NCBI GenBank assembly: GCA_902590345.1
Contig: CACIWK010000002.1
Location: 30,625-94,624, forward strand
DNA from: an uncultured Pelagibacteraceae bacterium
GTDB lineage: Bacteria; Pseudomonadota; Alphaproteobacteria; Pelagibacterales; AG-422-B15
Length of the DNA stretch: 64,000 bases
Reading direction: 5' to 3'
Shown here: piece by piece, positions 60,188 to 64,000 of the stretch
Position numbering within the stretch: position 1 is the stretch's first letter
How the letters are laid out: each line of letters begins with the position of its first letter
Program-made: the position numbers and the translations under genes
The notes under the pieces: model-generated
What the model was told of the DNA's origin: nothing
The model's database searches: none
Seen by the model: only the letters and a program-made list of their open reading frames with translations

Positions 60188-62071
60188 ATGCCTAAATCAG
60201 AAAAATTAGAGTTTCAAACTGAGGTCAGTCAATTACTCAAATTGATGATAAATTCTGTCTACTCGGAAAAAGAAGTATTTATTAGAGAGCTTATATCAAA
60301 TGCTTCGGATGCATGTGATAAATTAAGATACCTATCAAATACTAAAGAAAAACTTATCAAAGATGATCCTAATTTCAAAATTCAGATAAATATTGATAAA
60401 AAAAACAATCTAATCACAATTTCCGATAACGGTATTGGAATGAATAAAAAGGATCTTGTTTCTAACCTTGGAACAATTGCACGCTCTGGTACTGCACATT
60501 TTTTAAAAGAACTGTCTGAGTCTAAAACAAAAGACCTTTCACTCATTGGTCAATTTGGTGTCGGTTTTTACTCTGCTTTTATGGTTGCTTCACAAACTAA
60601 AGTTACTACACGCAAAGCTGGAGAAAATAAACTTTGGATCTGGAAGTCTGACGGAGAAAGCAGCTTTACTATTGAGGAGAGTGAAGACTCAAATCTTCTA
60701 GAGTCGAATAGAGGAACCTCAATAGAACTTACCTTAACGAAGGAGTCTAAAGAGTATTTAGACAAAGATAGAATTGAAAATATAATTAAAAGATATTCAG
60801 ATCATATAAGTATTCCAATTTATGTGAGCGATGGCTCTGAAAAAAAAGATGAAAAAGTTGACTCTGTTAATTCTGCATCAGCTATCTGGACGCGACCTAA
60901 AAATAAAATTACTGAGGAACAATATAAAGAGTTCTATAATCACGTAGGACAGATGTTCGATGATCCTTGGATGACAGCTCATTATAAGGCTGAAGGAAAA
61001 ATTGAATATACTGTATTAAATTTTATTCCATCAACTAAACCTTTTGATCTTTATGATCCAGCAAGAGAAAACAGGCTTAAACTTTATGTTAAAAGAGTAT
61101 TTATCACAGATAATTGTCCAGAATTGATTCCTCCTTATTTTCGATTTCTAAGAGGTATCATTGATTCAGAAGACCTTCCGTTAAACATAAGTCGTGAAAT
61201 GCTTCAAAACAACCCAGTCGTTACGAAAATAAGATCATCTCTAGTTAAAAGAACAATTTCTGATCTCAAAAAAAAGATTGATAAAGACAGGGAGTCGTAT
61301 GAAAAATTCTGGGAAAATTTTGGTCCAGTACTAAAAGAGGGAATTTATGAGGATTTTGAGAGAAAAGACTCAATTCTAGAAATATCATTATTCAAGAATT
61401 CAAAATCAAAAAAACTCATTACATTAAATGAATACATAGAGTCGATGGGCAAAAAACAAAAGGATATTTATTTTATGACCGGCGATAGTTATGAAAACAT
61501 TATAAATAATCCGAGTTTAGAGGGTTATAGGTCAAGAGATATTAATGTACTTATATTGGATGACCCCGTAGATAGCTTTTGGACCTCATCAACCCCGTTA
61601 TATCAGGAGAAGAGTTTTAAATCTGTTACAAGGGGAATGGATGATCTAAATAAAATTGATGGAGAAAAGAAAGATGATAAAAATGAAAAATCTGTTGAGC
61701 CATTAATTAATCTACTAAAAGAAAAACTAAAGGAAAAAGTTAAAGACGTTAGAGTTTCCTCAAGACTTACGGATAGTCCTGTATGTCTTGTAAGCGATGA
61801 AGGGGCAATGGATCCCCAGCTTGAAAAAATACTTCAGCAGCACAATCAACTCAATCAGGGTCTTTCTCTTAAAGTTATGGAAATTAACCCTCAACATAAA
61901 CTTATCAAAAAACTTGCTAAAATGAGTAAAGATAAATCATCAATTAGTGAAGTAGAGAATATTTCAATTTTACTCTACGAACAATCCAAGATTCTTGATG
62001 GTGAAAAGCCATCCGATCCTGTTGAATTTTCAAAAAAACTTATCGAAACTATTACTTCATCGATAAATTAA
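60188..62071 (+). CDS. htpG: Chaperone HtpG (Hsp90)
   Basis: FIRELISNASDA, DNGIGM, NLGTIARSGT, LIGQFGVGFYSAF and DLPLNISRE motifs. Confidence 0.98.
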   Translation: MPKSEKLEFQTEVSQLLKLMINSVYSEKEVFIRELISNASDACDKLRYLSNTKEKLIKDDPNFKIQINIDKKNNLITISDNGIGMNKKDLVSNLGTIARSGTAHFLKELSESKTKDLSLIGQFGVGFYSAFMVASQTKVTTRKAGENKLWIWKSDGESSFTIEESEDSNLLESNRGTSIELTLTKESKEYLDKDRIENIIKRYSDHISIPIYVSDGSEKKDEKVDSVNSASAIWTRPKNKITEEQYKEFYNHVGQMFDDPWMTAHYKAEGKIEYTVLNFIPSTKPFDLYDPARENRLKLYVKRVFITDNCPELIPPYFRFLRGIIDSEDLPLNISREMLQNNPVVTKIRSSLVKRTISDLKKKIDKDRESYEKFWENFGPVLKEGIYEDFERKDSILEISLFKNSKSKKLITLNEYIESMGKKQKDIYFMTGDSYENIINNPSLEGYRSRDINVLILDDPVDSFWTSSTPLYQEKSFKSVTRGMDDLNKIDGEKKDDKNEKSVEPLINLLKEKLKEKVKDVRVSSRLTDSPVCLVSDEGAMDPQLEKILQQHNQLNQGLSLKVMEINPQHKLIKKLAKMSKDKSSISEVENISILLYEQSKILDGEKPSDPVEFSKKLIETITSSIN

Positions 62072-62141
62072 ATCTAAAATTAAGACTCCAATACTTTAAA
62101 ATAATGATTATAATCTTAAGAAAACTTTTGTGAGGTATATA

Positions 62142-62768
62142 ATGAAAACATTTATAAGGTCTTTATCTGTTGGTCTGCTAGCTGCATTTATAACTTTTAG
62201 CGCAAATTCTGTTGAGTTGAATGAAGTTGAAATTTATGAAGGTTCAATAAAAGGCGTATATAGTGTAACAAATTTACCTCTACTTCCAGGAACTTGGAAA
62301 GTTGATGATATAGAAAAATCAGGAAGTATTAACTCTGGAAATTTTTATGTTTATGTAACAATGATACCATCTGACGCGGATGATGAAACGCGGAGATATA
62401 ATGATATAATTTTCTATGCAATATTAGGATCGAAGTCTGAAGAAACAAGTTATAGGAAAACTTTTTACGGTTGTGAGGGTGGTCTTTATTCTTTAGAAGG
62501 TTCAATCATACAAATCGACTCACGTGGATCTGCAAATTTTGAAGAATATTGCAATACTTATCAAACTGAGTTTGATTCATTTAACTTTTTCTATACTGAC
62601 TGCTCCGATGTGTGCGTTGAAGTCGGTATTAATCTAGATAGTAATAATTACAAAAACGATCGTAAAAGTTTTGAAGAAATAACAGAATTACTATCCCAAA
62701 ATGTAAGAAAAATTGTAAAGTCTGGGAACGGATCCCTTGATTTTCTAAACGGTTATAGAATAAATTAA
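62142..62768 (+). CDS. Hypothetical exported protein
   Basis: GAGG SD before ATG 62142; signal peptide ending SANS; acidic, 4 Cys; no family recognised. Confidence 0.65.
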   Translation: MKTFIRSLSVGLLAAFITFSANSVELNEVEIYEGSIKGVYSVTNLPLLPGTWKVDDIEKSGSINSGNFYVYVTMIPSDADDETRRYNDIIFYAILGSKSEETSYRKTFYGCEGGLYSLEGSIIQIDSRGSANFEEYCNTYQTEFDSFNFFYTDCSDVCVEVGINLDSNNYKNDRKSFEEITELLSQNVRKIVKSGNGSLDFLNGYRIN

Positions 62769-62770
62769 TA

Positions 62771-64000
62771 TCAGCTATTAGCTATATTCTTTAAAACATA
62801 TTGAAGAATACCGCCATTTAAAAGGTATTCAACTTCTGTTGCGGTATTAACTAGTAGTTTCAGATCTATTGTAATGTTTTTACCATTTGCGTAAAAAATT
62901 TGAGCCTTATATTTTCCTTGTGGTTTTAGTTTGTTAGCTATGCTCGTGATACTTACCTTCTCTGAACCTAATAGTCTTAATGATTTACGATTGTCATTTC
63001 CTGTAAATTGAAATGGCAATACACCCATACCAACAAGATTAGACCTGTGAATACGCTCATAAGACTCTGCTATGACAGCTTTTACACCCAACAGATTTGT
63101 ACCTTTTGCTGCCCAATCTCTTGAAGACCCCATTCCATAATCTTTTCCAGCAAAAATAATTAATGGCGTTTTTGATTTTTGGTACTTAACAGAGGCATCA
63201 TAAATTGACATTTGTTTCTGTGAAGGATAGTGAATTGTATATCCACCTTCGATATTATCTAGCATTTCATTTTTAATCCTAATATTAGCAAATGTTCCTC
63301 TCATCATTACTTCATGATTTCCACGCCTTGCTCCAAATGAATTAAAATCAACTTTTTTAATATTTTTTGAGATTAGATAATCTCCTGCAGGACTGTCTTC
63401 TTTTATTGCTCCCGCAGGGCTGATATGATCTGTCGTAACAGAGTCACCGAATATTCCAAGTATATTTGCTTTATTAATTTCACTTACACTATTGGTTTCT
63501 GAATTTTTAAAAAATGGGGGATGCTGTACGTAGGTTGATTTTTTATTCCATTTATATGTAAGACCACTTGATGATTTCACTGAATTCCATTTTTTGTCGC
63601 CTTTAAAAACATTTTTATACCGTTGCTTATATAAATTTGAGTTTATTATTTTATTTATTACAACTTTTATTTCTTTAGTCTTAGGCCAGATGTCTTTTAG
63701 ATAAATTTTCTTATTATTGTGTCCAATACCAATCGGTTCATTTGATAAATTTATCTTTGTTGAGCCTGCTAAAGCATAAGCTACAACAAGAGGTGGTGAG
63801 GCAAGGAAATTTGCTTTAACAAATGGATTTATTCTACCTTCAAAATTTCTATTTCCTGATAGAACGCCGCTAACAATTAAGTCATGTTTAGAAATTGCAT
63901 CGGAAATATTTTTATCAAGAGGCCCGGAGTTTCCTATACAAGTCGTACAACCAAAACCCACAAGATTAAAACCGAGTTTGTCTAATTGCTCTTGGAGTCC
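62771..64000 (-). CDS. acnA: Aconitate hydratase AcnA (5'-truncated by the window edge)
   Basis: GFGCTTCIGNSG, SGNRNFEGR, TTDHISPAG, GSSRDWAAKG and ERIHRSNLVGMG motifs; the frame stays open to 64000. Confidence 0.97.
   Translation of the reverse strand, partial: GLQEQLDKLGFNLVGFGCTTCIGNSGPLDKNISDAISKHDLIVSGVLSGNRNFEGRINPFVKANFLASPPLVVAYALAGSTKINLSNEPIGIGHNNKKIYLKDIWPKTKEIKVVINKIINSNLYKQRYKNVFKGDKKWNSVKSSSGLTYKWNKKSTYVQHPPFFKNSETNSVSEINKANILGIFGDSVTTDHISPAGAIKEDSPAGDYLISKNIKKVDFNSFGARRGNHEVMMRGTFANIRIKNEMLDNIEGGYTIHYPSQKQMSIYDASVKYQKSKTPLIIFAGKDYGMGSSRDWAAKGTNLLGVKAVIAESYERIHRSNLVGMGVLPFQFTGNDNRKSLRLLGSEKVSITSIANKLKPQGKYKAQIFYANGKNITIDLKLLVNTATEVEYLLNGGILQYVLKNIANS

Noticed and set aside
1-64000. 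CRISPR array, IS elements, rRNA, defence or toxin-antitoxin systems
   Set aside because: No regularly spaced repeats, transposase, rRNA or defence-type ORFs seen. The EVE gene lies in its usual housekeeping context next to gpsA.

Overview
Gene-dense, AT-rich, streamlined alphaproteobacterial chromosome segment; the gene content and order suggest a marine SAR11/HIMB59-like lineage (inference). It spans the replication origin region: fxsA-secB, maf-aroE-coaE-dnaQ, a probable oriC upstream of hemE, hemE-hemH-hemJ-rho, and mnmE-mnmG-rsmG(parS)-parA-parB. Further on come leuS-lptE-holA, a major porin, ftsK-lolA, tRNA-Gly(GCC) followed by a small methyltransferase islet, purH-rpe, acs, tsaD-gpsA and hemC-hemD. 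These are followed by a DUF1302-DUF1329-YCF48-SDR envelope uptake operon, folD, argG-rlmN, a reductase cluster, yccA, htpG and the 3' part of acnA. I saw no IS, integrase, prophage or CRISPR. The most notable items are: (1) an AupAB-like outer-membrane uptake operon with an enlarged, five-Cys-pair barrel protein, an N-terminally trimmed partner, an internal terminator and no RND gene; (2) two genes apparently broken by +1 slips in 9-nt homopolymers, one ending in -SCGCC; (3) a Bacillus-style basal unwinding element at oriC; (4) a CenR-like regulator with an eroded receiver domain; and (5) a repeated AGTTAA..TTAACT palindrome. Family calls come from motif recognition only; no searches were run.
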